DNA from: Cetorhinus maximus
Lineage: Eukaryota
Length of the DNA: 64,000 nucleotides
Direction of reading: 5' to 3'
Assembly (NCBI RefSeq): GCF_964194155.1
Contig: NC_135895.1
Coordinates: 50,654,001-50,718,000, forward strand
The notes under the pieces are model-generated. The model saw only the letters and a list, made by a program, of their open reading frames with translations. It searched no databases and was not told where the DNA came from. The stretch's first letter is position 1. Each line of letters starts with the position of its first letter. The position numbers and the translations under genes are program-made. This document shows, piece by piece, positions 23,330 to 35,585 of the stretch.

Positions 23330-24419
23330 ATCCATCAGCAAATCTACTTCTATAATGAATATCTCTGCAGTGATGCAGGCTTTCTTTGCATCTGCTCATG
23401 GAAAACTCAGGCTAACCTGCTTGCTTTTTACAGTATCAAATCTGAACTTGTAGTATTTAATAATTCAAGAGTTTTCAGATGAGCTGAGCAAATGAATACT
23501 CAAGCATAAATGTTAGTGTATTGATTTGATGTCTAGACAAGTATGTATCTTCTAACTCACCGCAGACGTTATTCACTCCCGTGTCGTCTGGGATATTTGA
23601 AAGCATGTTTGTGTAGAATAATGTATCAAGTATAATGTGTTTAATATATCTGCTATGAATCGAACCTCAAGTGATCTGTCAGCATCTTGTTTCTTAAATT
23701 AGGTGTTCTGTTAGGTGTTATGATGGTATGTAATAGAAAGTTGATTTAAAAGTGATACTATACACAAACATATATATGTGTTATTACATCCATCTACCTA
23801 TGTATATTTAAAACTGAACAAATTGCTTCAGCAGTACGGAATGCAAGCAGACTATGAAGAATTATTCTCTTTGTCAACAAAGTAGAAACAGTCTCTTATT
23901 CATTGACCTTTACGCTTCTTAGAGATGGAATATCCTCTTCTGAAATTTTGCCTAATAGCAGAGTCAGCAGCAAAGCCATGCACTGAGTGACAGTGAAATA
24001 CTGGGGAAGTCAACATTTCCATTTAAACCAATTTACTTGGATGCTTAAATATATGATTTTCGTCATTACTGTGCTTTGTAGAAAGATAAATTATGTAAAA
24101 GGAATAATGTACTAATTATCCTAATGCAGATTTGGAAAGGACAGACGTCATCAAGTCTGTAACAATTCTGCTAGGACTTTCCCATTTCAATATTAAATAG
24201 ATCCGCAGAGTTATTCAGTTACAGTGCAAGACCAGTTGGCACCAGCCAATTGTTCTATTTTTATCCAATTTATACTGAACTGTAATCTTATAGCAGAGGT
24301 TTTCCTATCTATGGGCCCTTGCACCAGGCTGGCTGAAGAGGAAAGGTTTGATTAAAAAAAAGCCTCTTTTACAACATGATAATGGGACTTATTGTGACTT
24401 GGCGAAAAGGTTTGATCAC

Positions 24420-25325
24420 CATAGGAAGCAAATTAAAAGATAACAAATAGGAGGAGTAGTAGACCATATGGCCCCTTGAGCTTGCTCTGCCATTCAATCA
24501 AGGTTGAACTTCTGCCTGAACTTAACTTTCCCACCTGCTTCCCACATCCCTTGATTCCCTGAGAGACCAAAAATCTATCGATCTCAGTGTCAAATGTACT
24601 CAACAATGGAGCATGCACAACCTTCTGGGTAGACAACTCTAAAGATACACAACTCTTTGAATGAACTTTCTCCTAATCCCAGGATAAAGAGTCGATCATT
24701 TAGGACTAAGACTGCCCTCCTGTTCTTGATTCCCCAACCCAGGGAAACAATCTCTCAGTGTCTACCCTGTCAAGTCTATTCAAAATTTTGTACATTTCAC
24801 TGAGATCACGTCTCATTCTTCTAAACTCCGAAAGTATAGGCCCAATTTACTCAGCTTCTCACCATAGGATAATTCTCCAACCCCTGGAACAAATCTAGTG
24901 AATCTTCACTGTAGCTTCTCCAATGCAAGTATATCCCTCCTTAAATATGGCCAAAACTGCACACACTACCCCAGGTGTAGTTTCAGCAAAGCCCTGTACA
25001 ACTGTTGCAAGTCTTCCTTATTCTTGCAATAAAGGCCAACATGCCATTTGCCTTCCAAACTGCTTGCTTTACCTGCTGATAACTTTCTGTGTTCCTTGTA
25101 AGAGTACACCCAAGTCTCTCTGGGCATCAACACAAGTTTCATGCCTTTTTAAAAAAACTCTGCTTTTCTGTTCTTACTATCAAAGCAAATAACCTCACAC
25201 TTCCCCATATTATTCTCCATCTGTCACCTTGTTCTGCATTCAATTAACCTGCCTATATATCTTTGTGTCTTCCTTACAGCTTACATTCCCATCTAGCTTT
25301 GTATCGTCAGCAAGCTTAAATATAT
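24420..25325 (-). mobile_element. Degenerate CR1 3' fragment
   Basis: Similar by eye to 14139-15060 (gagcttgctctgccattcaat, ctcattcttctaaactcc, tttgtatcgtcagcaa). Confidence 0.75.
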
Positions 25326-25370
25326 TACTCTCACTCTCTTATGACAGCATAAACAAGAGATATATTTTAG

Positions 25371-25979
25371 TATTGCTGAAAAAGGAAACATGCTTTGGAA
25401 GCATTTCATCATACCCTGTATGGTATTTCAATTTCCGTGTCTGTGCGATGCCCGGTACACAGGCTGCCATCCCAATGACTGGCCGATCGTATCAAACAGC
25501 ACTTCCTTTCAGCTGTTCATAACAGGCAGAGTACTGATCATACTCAACCGGCACGTACTTACAAAACTCAGAAAGTAATGTCTAACATTAAATAGTTGTG
25601 ATTCCGTAACCGGACAACATTTGCTGAATAATCCCGAGTGTGCTAAGAATAACACTAACAACAAATTTAAGATCATCAGTCGGACTCACAATGTGGCTCA
25701 CTTACGGTTGCTAGAAATTAAATATATTCATATGCAGGGACCTGTCCTCTGCATGCAAAAGGCATATGTCCAGGCATTGTACATTTTTAAAATTTATAGT
25801 TTCCTGGTACATTCTCCGTGGCAATACCTTGATCAATCAGAGTTGACCTGCTAACCAATGAGCACCCTTTTCTAATGCAGTATAAATTGTTGCTCCCTCT
25901 GAAATTTGGTATTCCTGCACCTGTCCTGATGAGTTTAAGATGAAAAACTTTGACAGCATGTCTCTTTTATCAGCAATAT
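25371..25979 (+). mobile_element. Older Penelope-like element fragment (GIY-YIG end) with inverted 5' terminus and hammerhead motif
   Basis: FQFPCLCDARYTG and GQHLLNNPECAK..FKIISR..LRLLE..YI GIY-YIG remnants. 25371-25410 is a diverged inverted copy of 25939-25979. Confidence 0.75.
25921..25956 (+). ncRNA. Minimal type I hammerhead ribozyme motif (degenerate)
   Basis: CTGTC [stem I] CTGATGA GT ttaag AT GAAA aactt T GACAG [stem I']. Canonical core, weakened stems II and III. Confidence 0.6.
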
Positions 25980-26019
25980 TCAAGTACTGTACTACCAAGT
26001 CAGTATAGGTATATTTTAC

Positions 26020-26900
26020 TTTGTTTAAATCCGCCTTTCTGCTCATGATAGAAATACTTCCCTGTCCTCTCTGCTCCTCCATTTTACTTCCAATTTGTAT
26101 ACTTGATTCCTGTCACCAACCCTATTGAAGATCCAATAATATGCATATGTTAAATTTTATACCTTCCAAACTAACACTAGTGTCCCTCTATTCCTTCAGA
26201 GTTTCTCTCTGCCTCCTCGCTTCCTGAACCATATCACAAGGTTACCATCAATTTTGTGTGCTCTCATTTTTTGGTAATAAACTCTTGTACAGAATGTTAT
26301 CACAGGCTTTTGGGAAGTATATATAAGCAACATTCATATGACACTCCCATAATGAGCAGGTTTGTGACTTCCTCAAAAATTCAATAGGTCAGTTTAATTA
26401 GTCAGGTGTGCTAACTCTCTGATCAGCTGATACTTGTCTAAGTGTTCAGTCACACTGCCTCTGATGATAGACTCCAGTAATTGCCTCACAATTGATGTTA
26501 AAGTGACTGTCGCCTGTAGTTACCCGATGCCTCTCTCCCTCCCTTAAAATATGTGTGACGTGCAATTTTCCAATCTAACAGCATAATTTCTGAACCTGGA
26601 CAGCTTTGGGAAATTATGACTAATGTGTGTGCAATTTCCGCATTTATTTCTTTTCACTCCCTGCAGTGGAAACCATTGGTTCCTGGAGGTTTCTCTATTC
26701 GATGTCCCATTATTTTCTCTATTACTATTCTCTGTACTGTTTGAGCTATCTATTTCCTGCAATCTGTAAAAAGTAAAATCTCAAAACTGCATGATGGAAA
26801 TACGCAAAATAATTTTTTCAGAAATTTTAGCCACTTTCTTCCACAGATATCAATGATGTATTCAAATCCATAATGGGTCACAGAATTCCACGCAACATGT
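26020..26900 (-). mobile_element. Highly degenerate CR1 ORF2 remnant
   Basis: Reverse-strand resemblance to the LTNL.EFFEEVT and YR..SLTS motifs (cttcctcaaaaaattcaataggtcag). Confidence 0.5.
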
Positions 26901-29073
26901 TATGCCTGTATAGATAATTTCAATGTAAAAAGTATCACAACCTTACATGACAGAATAGGAGGTTCAATTTTTAAATTATGGATTGCCTCTGCATGTATTT
27001 CCCAACTTTGACATCAGGTTACTGTCCTTCCATCTATAATCGATATTGAGGTGATTTCTAAGTAAATTTGGATCCATTAGCATTTTCAATATGATAAATA
27101 CATTCAGGTAAGATTTCATACACAAGAGACCTACCACATATCCAAAACTGCTAAAATCAAGCATTGTCATGTCATGAGGACTGATGCAAATGTTTATAGA
27201 CCCATAAGGAAGGTGAAAATAAAGCATGATGAAAAGCATGCTTTATTCTCCCCCCCTTAAATCTGTGAGAGTTTTGCTGCACCCTCCTGTCACTTAAGAG
27301 TGTTTACCAGCTGCCATCCCCACCCTCCCCCCACTGAGTGAGTTTTCCACCTTCTCCTGCCTTGAAAGTTTTGTAACTGCCCTCACTACTGAGAGCTTGC
27401 CATCATTCCTACTAATACTGCTTGATGTGAGAACTGCATTTGGCCTTGGCTCCATGCATACAATATTACAGCAGATCATGTAACAGTTAACTGTTCTTTA
27501 ACTGTTCTTCCCATTCTAAACCCACCCTGAGTATGATTCCCAGTGCACCATCCCCAAATATCCGCCACAAAATCTAAAAAAACAAGTTCCATTAGCAAAT
27601 CATAGTAAATGATGCTAGGTAGCAATTATAATAATGTAATGAGCAATAGGTAATTGAATACATTCAACTACTCACACCACCACCGCCACTAGCTCAAATG
27701 AACATTCATTTATGCTGGCTGCATTTCCTGTTCTAACTCACCACCTGGCTGCCAATCCCCCTTACCAAATCTCCCTGGTTGTAGTTCCCCCTCAGGGGCT
27801 ACCCCTACCTCACTTCATTTCCTCTTTCATAATAGTCCCATATGACTGAATTTCACATCTAAAGCTACTTGCTCCACTGACTGGCTGTCCCGTTCTTTAA
27901 TCCCTGTAGCCCAACTGATTTCATTCCACTCCCACAATGCTCTACACTGCTGTTGTCATCTTCGAAAGTCCAAAATGTGTCTGAATTTAGATAAATGATA
28001 TCCTTTTAGTTTACCGAAAATTTGTTCATCTGATATTCGAGCTGGCTGTTTAGGCCTGGCCTCAATAAAGTTATTTACTTGGTGTAATAAAACAATTGCA
28101 TTAACCACATCTGGCTTGCCTGTGTGTCCAATAAATGGATAGAGATGTGCTTAAAAAGTAACTGACAAGCAGAATGCTTTTGTGGAAGGCCAAGCACCTA
28201 GGTGTGTACTAAGAAATTGGAAGTGCTTCACCCCTCTGTGACACATGTAACATTTTGAAGCTTTGAAGATGCACAATAGTAGTGCTCAGTGACATGCTAG
28301 CCATGCAGCTGGCTATTTTAGCTTCTGTGATTAAAAATGTTCCATTTCTTTCTTGGTAGTCTTCTGTCTCAGGTCCAGCTTTGTGAGCAGACTCCCTAGT
28401 CTCAAAAAATGAAGTCCTTGTTCTCAGTAACATTGCTATGAGGATGCACCTGGCTCTGGGTGGGCCCGGGGCGGGGGCGCAGAGAGGGAGTGCCGGGGAG
28501 AGAAACGAAGAGTCATTCTCTATCTACTATTACATGCCTCCTAGTACCCAGCAATGTGGGAAGGCTGCTTATTTGGTTACAGGAGGTTGCGTGCCTGCAA
28601 ACGTCTGCACAGTGAGAAACAGTGGGAGAAGTGCATCATTTGCATAGTCCTAACAAAAAAACTCCTTATTTGATTTGCCTCATTCGGTGACTGAAATACT
28701 GGTTAGGAATTTTAGAAGTTACAAGACAATTTGCAACCTCTGTTTTTATGTACAGGATCTTTACTGACACAATTAATTTGCCATGTTTTTATCTCTTGCA
28801 AATATTACATACTTTCACAGACACACAATAAAAAAAGACTAAATCCCAGGACTTCAAAAAGCCTAAAACCTGAAACTGAGAAGGGTAAACTTTCATTTTT
28901 TGATGTTTCATTTCTTACACCATTTAATAATTTGAAATTTGCAACCTCACCAACCAAGGTTAAAGTGAACACATAAAACTGATTTACAAACTTCCAATGA
29001 TATCTTGTGATAAAGCTAGAAGGTTATATCTATGTATCTGTCTAACTACATAAGAAATAAAAAGTGGCCTTAC

Positions 29074-29261
29074 ATTTAGGAACCCCACCTGTCCTGACTG
29101 CTGGCTGGTGTCAGGGCAGACCAGTTGAACAAACTCCTTCAGGGTTTCCTGACTAGGATGTGGATGATAGCGGATGGCCGTGTGCGAGAAGTAAGGACCT
29201 GGCTGCTGAATGATGGGAGACGTTGGAAAATGTAGAGTTGAGGCTGTTGCATGGGGACTCG
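29074..29261 (-). CDS. NFIA: NFIA coding exon (exon 8 equivalent)
   Basis: Encodes (A)[62 protein letters not shown]. Acceptor ttttttcttttcttacag|CG, donor AAT|gtaagg. 188 nt; ends in phase 0 and joins in frame to the 1967-2132 exon (GFLN|PNGSSQG). Confidence 0.96.
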
Positions 29262-30299
29262 CTGTAAGAAAAGAAAAAAGATACTGTAAACTAGATTTCA
29301 AAATCGTTTCATAAAGTTACTTAGTGATAGAGCATTGTTATCAAGGTACAAGCAACATGGATAAATGCTACCTCAAACACTGAAACTCAACACCTGGCAT
29401 AGGATACGGGAAATTATTATAATGTCTGTTACTTTACTCTGCATCACTTTTTACTTATAGAATAAAGGTAGAAACAATTGGTTCCCTTCCAGAATTTTCT
29501 ATTGTGTAGTGTAACTTCTTAAAACGTACAGGTGTTATTTCGTAATATACAGGACATTTGAAACAAAAATACAATTGCCAACATTGCTTAATACCTTCAA
29601 TTTTGCACAGATATTTTGTAGAAACATAAATACTTTGTTCAGATTTACTTCCATTTTGCTTTATCTCAAAAAAAAAATCCTTGTTCTGAAATGAAAAGAA
29701 TTATTCTAGCCTTTTGAAATAATTCCTTATGTCTTTGGTCACATCATATACCAGATCAGTTATCATTGAGTCTTTTCATCTCAATGGTGTACAAGTGAAG
29801 GTGAAAAACGTTCCACAAATAAACAGTTAAATCTAATTGAGGAGCTTGGAGAATATGTAGAAGCTGTAAGTGCTTCAGAAGTGACATGACCTTCAATTAC
29901 TGATATTGAACATTATTCCACCTGACAGATAGAAGAACTATCAATGCAATCAAATCTCATTTCAACAGTGACACTTGATTGGCTAAAGGATATCCGCCTT
30001 AATAAACTGGGGGCAGTTCAGCTCAACTAGTCATACCCAAGAACTGTAGCATTATAATGCTATGAGTTGTAATGTGGGGTACAACTATCTTTGTGTTGCA
30101 AGCATGGTCGCAGCTTATATCAACAATCCAGAATATCAAAAATAGCTTTTAAGAGCACTCTTCCACATAGGAAATGGAAATTGAAATACATTTACAGCTT
30201 GAGTAAAGAGAACACTACAGCCTATTTTCTTCTGGGTATTAAGGTTAAGGAAAAATAGATGCAGAGAACAAGGGAGCAAAATCAGTAAAAGGAAACACG

Positions 30300-33200
30300 A
30301 GGCAGAAATTTGGATCCTGGGTTGGCACCCCGACGTCAGGTGGATTTTTGGGTCCCAACCCCACGTAGCATCAGCGCTTGATGCAATTTTAAACCAGAGG
30401 CCAGTTATTGGCCAGGAAGCATATTAGCATATCCAAATAGAAGATGCAGAGGCAGAGAAGACGTGGACAGGAGAGAGGCAGGTGAGATTTAAAGAGGAGC
30501 TGGTGGCCATTATTGAGGTTGCCAGTTAATGGTGAAGATGGCAGGAGAGGATCAATGTGCCCAAGAGAAAGACACCTATGCCAGGGTGGCCCCCTGATTT
30601 AGTAATGCCTCTCTTGAGGTTCTCCTGGGGCAGTGTCAGCACAACATTCCCGGTGAGCGGCAGAATATGGCTAACCAGCCAGACCAAACACTCTTGGCTG
30701 GAGGTGGCAGAGGAAGTGAGTGACTGTAGTGTGGTGAGAAGGATGTCAGTTTAGCACCACAAACACTTTAGAGACCTTTTGAGGACTGGCAAGGCAGTGC
30801 AGCATTTCAACCAGATGTCAGGTCTCCAGGTCTGCTGTTAGAAGCTCATGCATGTTGAGCAGTCTGAAGGTGCATAGTCCTCATGAACAGTCAACATACA
30901 TGGGCCTAGAGCATCACTGAGCTGTAGGCAAAGCTCACCCTTTTATCAGAAGTGCAGGAGGCAACACTGGCCCGTGTCATCACATGCATTGGCGCAGCTG
31001 AATGTAGTGAGGGAGTGCACATTGGTACTAACTCTTATCCTCTTGACCTTGCAGAGGAAGAGAGTACATAACGTCAGAGAAGTGGCTCAGTCAGGCAGTG
31101 GAGTGCTAACCATACTGACATCAATGGAGGAGGCAGCCCTTGACCTGCTAGGGTGACAGCACATGATGGAGTTGGAATTGGCAAGAGTGGAACCCATCTA
31201 AGAGTGAAAAGATCTGAACATCATCTTCCCTCCTCCCAGTTTCTTTCATGCCAAAGCAATGGTTATTCTGACCTGCTTAGCTCTGCAAAAGCAAATGACA
31301 GAGGCAATTTAGCACAACCACTTCTAATATCTCTCACAGGGCCAGATGTGGACGGGGAGGTAACATAGGCCAGAGCAACAGTGTCAGCGTCATCTGCTCA
31401 GGATCTAAGTGCATTCTTCACCAGCAGAGACACACACACATCTCAGTGTGATCACAAGGGGTTGCAAAATGGGTGCACAGGGTGAGCAACATATAACAGA
31501 AGAGGTAAGGGTGAGCAACATATCACAGAAGAGGTAAGGGAAGCAGAAACAGCTGTGGGAAGTCCCCTCAGAGTATGGAGGACAGACATAGCCATGTTCA
31601 GCTAGGCAGTGATACAGAGCCTCGGTTGTCACACACAGGCCATTTTTTCCTAGATCAACAGTGGGAGATGTGTGCCCAAATGTCAAAGCTCCCATAGGCT
31701 GTAGGGAGTCATGGGCAAAAAATGAAGGAGTCTCACCATGATGTGCACCGCCATGTAGGATGAGTTCATCCATTGAGAGGTCAACCTCTTAGAGAGCCAT
31801 ATGCTGCATCATGCATACGGCGTGCAGCACATTTACTACCAGACAATGAATGCTACTTATGTAGCACTGACTGGTCAACAATGTATGGAGTTGATGCCAG
31901 GTATTCCCCAGCTGGTCGTCCACTCTGACGTTCAACAGACCCATGAAAGGGCTTCGGCAGGTGACGAAGCAAGTGAGGGGGCTCGCTCTCAAAAGGCCCC
32001 CTTGCCCCCGACCCTGACTGGGATATAGAAATGAGGCACTTAACAGCCACTTAAAGGGCTGAAAGTGATTTTTGTTCTCAGCCACGGGGACCACGAAGGG
32101 TCATGACCGGGCAGGGGGCAGCAACCCGGGGATCACTGAGGTGGGTCCATTATCATTAGTGAATTAAAGGGAATGGCTCAAAGAGTTGCTCAGGCTGTGG
32201 CAAATATTGGCCAACGAGCACGAAAAGGTAGCATACAGCTAACTCTGTTGGTACTGGAGCACTTGAAGAAGTCACCCTGCAGGGTCATGGCAGGGGGTTC
32301 TAGCCAAGGGATGCCTGGTCAGATGGTGCTGAACTTCTCGGATTTGGGAGAAACAGTGATGGGGAGCAGCTGCTCACACAATTGCAGGCCAGCACTGCTG
32401 AGGCAGGCAGATGTGTTGGACTAGGAGCTTAGAGGAAACAAAGGTGATACTCTCCACAAAGGGTATACCCACAATGAATTAGCTTCCTGAATCATATGTC
32501 ACTGAAGGATGCACATATCAAGGCACGTGGCGGCCTAGTTTTGTGCCCTGGTGAAGAGTGAACTCCATCATCACCACTTGTGTCAGCACACCCTGCTAGT
32601 AGCCGTCGAAGTGACTGTGACACTGACCTTTTTTGTCTCTGCCTCATTCCAAGGGTGGCAGCTGACCTCACTAACATCTGGCTGCCGATCACACCAGGCG
32701 GGAGTTGTCAGATGCCCTATTTGAGAAGGCGGCAGATTACACTGAGCTGACCACCATTGGAGCCATACTGGTCCAAAGGGCAGTGGGATTTGCCTCCAGG
32801 GCTGGAGTCCTGCAGGTGCCAAGGGATTGTCGACTGCACCCATGTGGCCATCAAGTCTCCGACAGAGTAGTCAGGGGCATTCATGAACATGAAGGGATTT
32901 CACTGTCTCAACATTCAACTGGTGTCATACTGGTGGTCTGCGCATGGTATCCAGGTAGCTGCCTTTACAGGATTCACAAGTGTCATAGCTGTTCATGTCA
33001 CCGGAGAGACTACGTGGATGGCTTTTTAAAAATTTATTCACAGGATGTGGGTGTTGCTGGCTGGGCCAGCATTTATTGCCCATCCCTAATTGCCCTTTAG
33101 AACATGGTGGTGAGCCACCTTCTTGAATTGTTGCAGTCCCTGAGGTGTAGGTACACCCAAAATGCAGTTAGGGAGGGAATTCCAGGATTTTGACTCAGCA

Positions 33201-34277
33201 ACAGTGAAGGGGACGAGCACTACCCACTAAAGAGATGGCTGCTGAAAAATTTACACAACCCTTTGACGGAGGCACAGAGGCACTCCAACCACTGCCACCT
33301 CAGCCCAGGGGGCATTAGACTGCTCAAGACACAGTTCTGGTGTCTTGATCAGTTGAGGGATGCCCTGCAGTACACTCCCTCAAGGGTGTCTCGGATGATA
33401 GTGACCTGTTGAACTCTTCACAACATGTACTCTAGAGAAGTGTCAACCTCAACGATGGAGAAGTTGAGGAGTGGCACACTTCCTCAGAGGAGGAGGGTGA
33501 CCAACCCCACAGGTATGTACAGAGGTCTGGTTGAGAAGTCAAGGCATCAATCAGGATGGAAGTGATGTTCAGGCTGCTCTGTTTCAGGCATGTTTCTCCT
33601 GAAGTCTCCTTGTCCTGAAAGACTTCCAGGTCATGACCTGGCCTTCCTACGGAGGAAGGTGTGAATCCATCATGCAAACAAATCCTAGAGGCTCCACTGG
33701 TCTCCACATTGCCTGGAAGGCTATTCCGCAAATACTACACTAACACACTCATTTGTGTGTCTCCACCTTCTCGTAATTTGTCTGTCTTTAACCCATCAAT
33801 CATTAGATTCACACAAGCCTGGGTGCTACCATAATCATCTTCATTGCAATACACTGATTCAATTTAACAGATCAAAACTATAATAAGTATCAACCGAGTG
33901 AGCCAAACTGTAAGATTATTGAGTCCGAGGCCTCTGATCTTGGCTGCTCTTAAAGGGTACACCGACTATGAAAGAGTCTGAGGTGGAGACAGGCTGGTTT
34001 TGTGTGTGGATGAGGTTGAAAGGCCTGTGGTGGTCTTCTTCGATGCTACAGTGCCAGTTTGGGTACCAAAACAAGCCGCGACAAAGCAGGGGCTGCTGCT
34101 GCTATACGACCTTCCTGAATTTTGACCCACTGCATTCGGGTGGCTTGTTGGCATTCAGGTCCCAACGCCTTCTCAAAAATAAACGGGAAGTGGGACTGCA
34201 TCAAAGAGCCAGCAGTCCCCACCTATTTCTGATTTTATGCCCTTGCCTGCCTCCTCCAGCAATCAAAAATTCTGCTC
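30300..34277. mobile_element. Degenerate Harbinger DNA transposon (Myb-like + DDE transposase genes), apparently rearranged
   Basis: Imperfect TIRs aggcagaaattt / aaaattctgctc. Myb-like start near 30538 (+) ARVAP*FSNASLEVLL. Transposase remnant about 32368-33560 (+) with RVYPQ*ISFL, VDCTHVAI, KGFHCLNIQLV, YPGS, GDEHYPL, FWCLD, LQY, LHN. Confidence 0.75.
33025..33208 (-). mobile_element. Jockey-group LINE 3' end inserted in the Harbinger transposase
   Basis: Matches the 3' end of 6806-7672 and 47988-48570. Confidence 0.8.
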
Positions 34278-35384
34278 AATTAGTCTGTATGTACCTCTAC
34301 TTGAAGTCTTGCTACTGAGTTAAATTGCAAGAAGGCAAATCAGCCAAATATTTGTGAAGGGCTGTTAAACCTTTGTTAGAAGCCAATGAAGAGAAATCTT
34401 GCTGAACATGGGATAGGAAAAGCATCTATAAATGACATACGATCAAGTTCTGAACTCCAGGAAGATGTAAACTTTATAAAGTGAGGAACGGTTTGAAGTA
34501 TCAGTATTTTAAAATACTTCAAATATAGCACAGTCCAAAAGTATTCTATAACCAGAATAATTTTATTAAGCTGCAATGGTACAGTGTAGAAGTCCACTTA
34601 TACTTGTATAAATGAAAAAAATTGCACCAGTATGTTACACCAATGATAAAATTTAGTAATATGATTTAGCACTGGGTTGATTCAGAACATGTAAAAAGCA
34701 TTATTTCTTATAAATAGCAAATTTTGAATACTGCCAAATATTTTAGAAAGTTTTCCAACACAACCTTTATTATATGAATTTACACTTTAAAAAAATCATG
34801 GAGTGTACTAGGCTACTAGGGTAAACTAGTAAATTAGTGATTGTGCTACGGGAACTCAGGAGGGATTCAGTAAGTTATGATTATTAATTTTCAAGCCTCT
34901 TGTGAAATTCACTTTTTAATGTTTTGTTTCTCACAGTTTGGTTTTTAGCTATGACCAAATATGGTGATATCTGAATGTGAGACTCCATGATTTGTTATTC
35001 AGTATTGTAAATTATATACATACAGAGCCACCACAAGTCCTGGTCAGAATGGAGGCGATTGCGTAATTAGTCTGTCAATCAAGCCTGGAGAGTGCCCTAC
35101 TGGAAGAGACTGCGATTGACTTTACATTCATAGGCACAGGTCTTCTGGTCATTGGTGATGCTGGGCGGATTGCCGCTGTCCAAGAAGATTTCTGTACCCT
35201 ATCATTTTTGTGCTTTTTCAGCTGGGTCTTCCGGTCCTGGTTGCAGCAGCAATGGATCAGCGCGACCTTACAAGGGGAAGACTGGCGAGTGCAAGAAAAG
35301 AGGGGCAAAGAGAGGACACACCCACTTTTTACAGCAGAAGCTGCTGTTCTCAGTTTTTAAAGGTCTTAGGTCTTTCAGTGAATG

Positions 35385-35585
35385 GATGAGCGAGTCTTGA
35401 GTGAGTAGGTGAGTGAGTGAGCAGGTGAGTGAGCGAGTGAATGGTTGAGTGATGAGAGAGCAAGTGAGTGAGCAGGGGAGTGGGTGAGTGAGCAGGGGAG
35501 TGGGTGAGTGAGTGATCGTGTGCGTGATTGGGTTACTGAATGAGTGGATTAGTAAGTGAGTGAGTGGATCAGTGGTTGAGTAGGT
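35385..35585. repeat. (GTGA)n-like simple repeat, probably within a non-autonomous element (about 35040-36020)
   Basis: Imperfect gtgagtgagc/gtgagtgggt array with CpG-rich flanks. Confidence 0.7.

Noticed and set aside
22928-23482. ORFs spanning the N run
   Set aside because: Artefacts of the assembly gap.
24236-24249. TTGGCACCAGCCAA as a full NFI site
   Set aside because: Spacer is 4 nt, not the 5 nt of TTGGC(N5)GCCAA.
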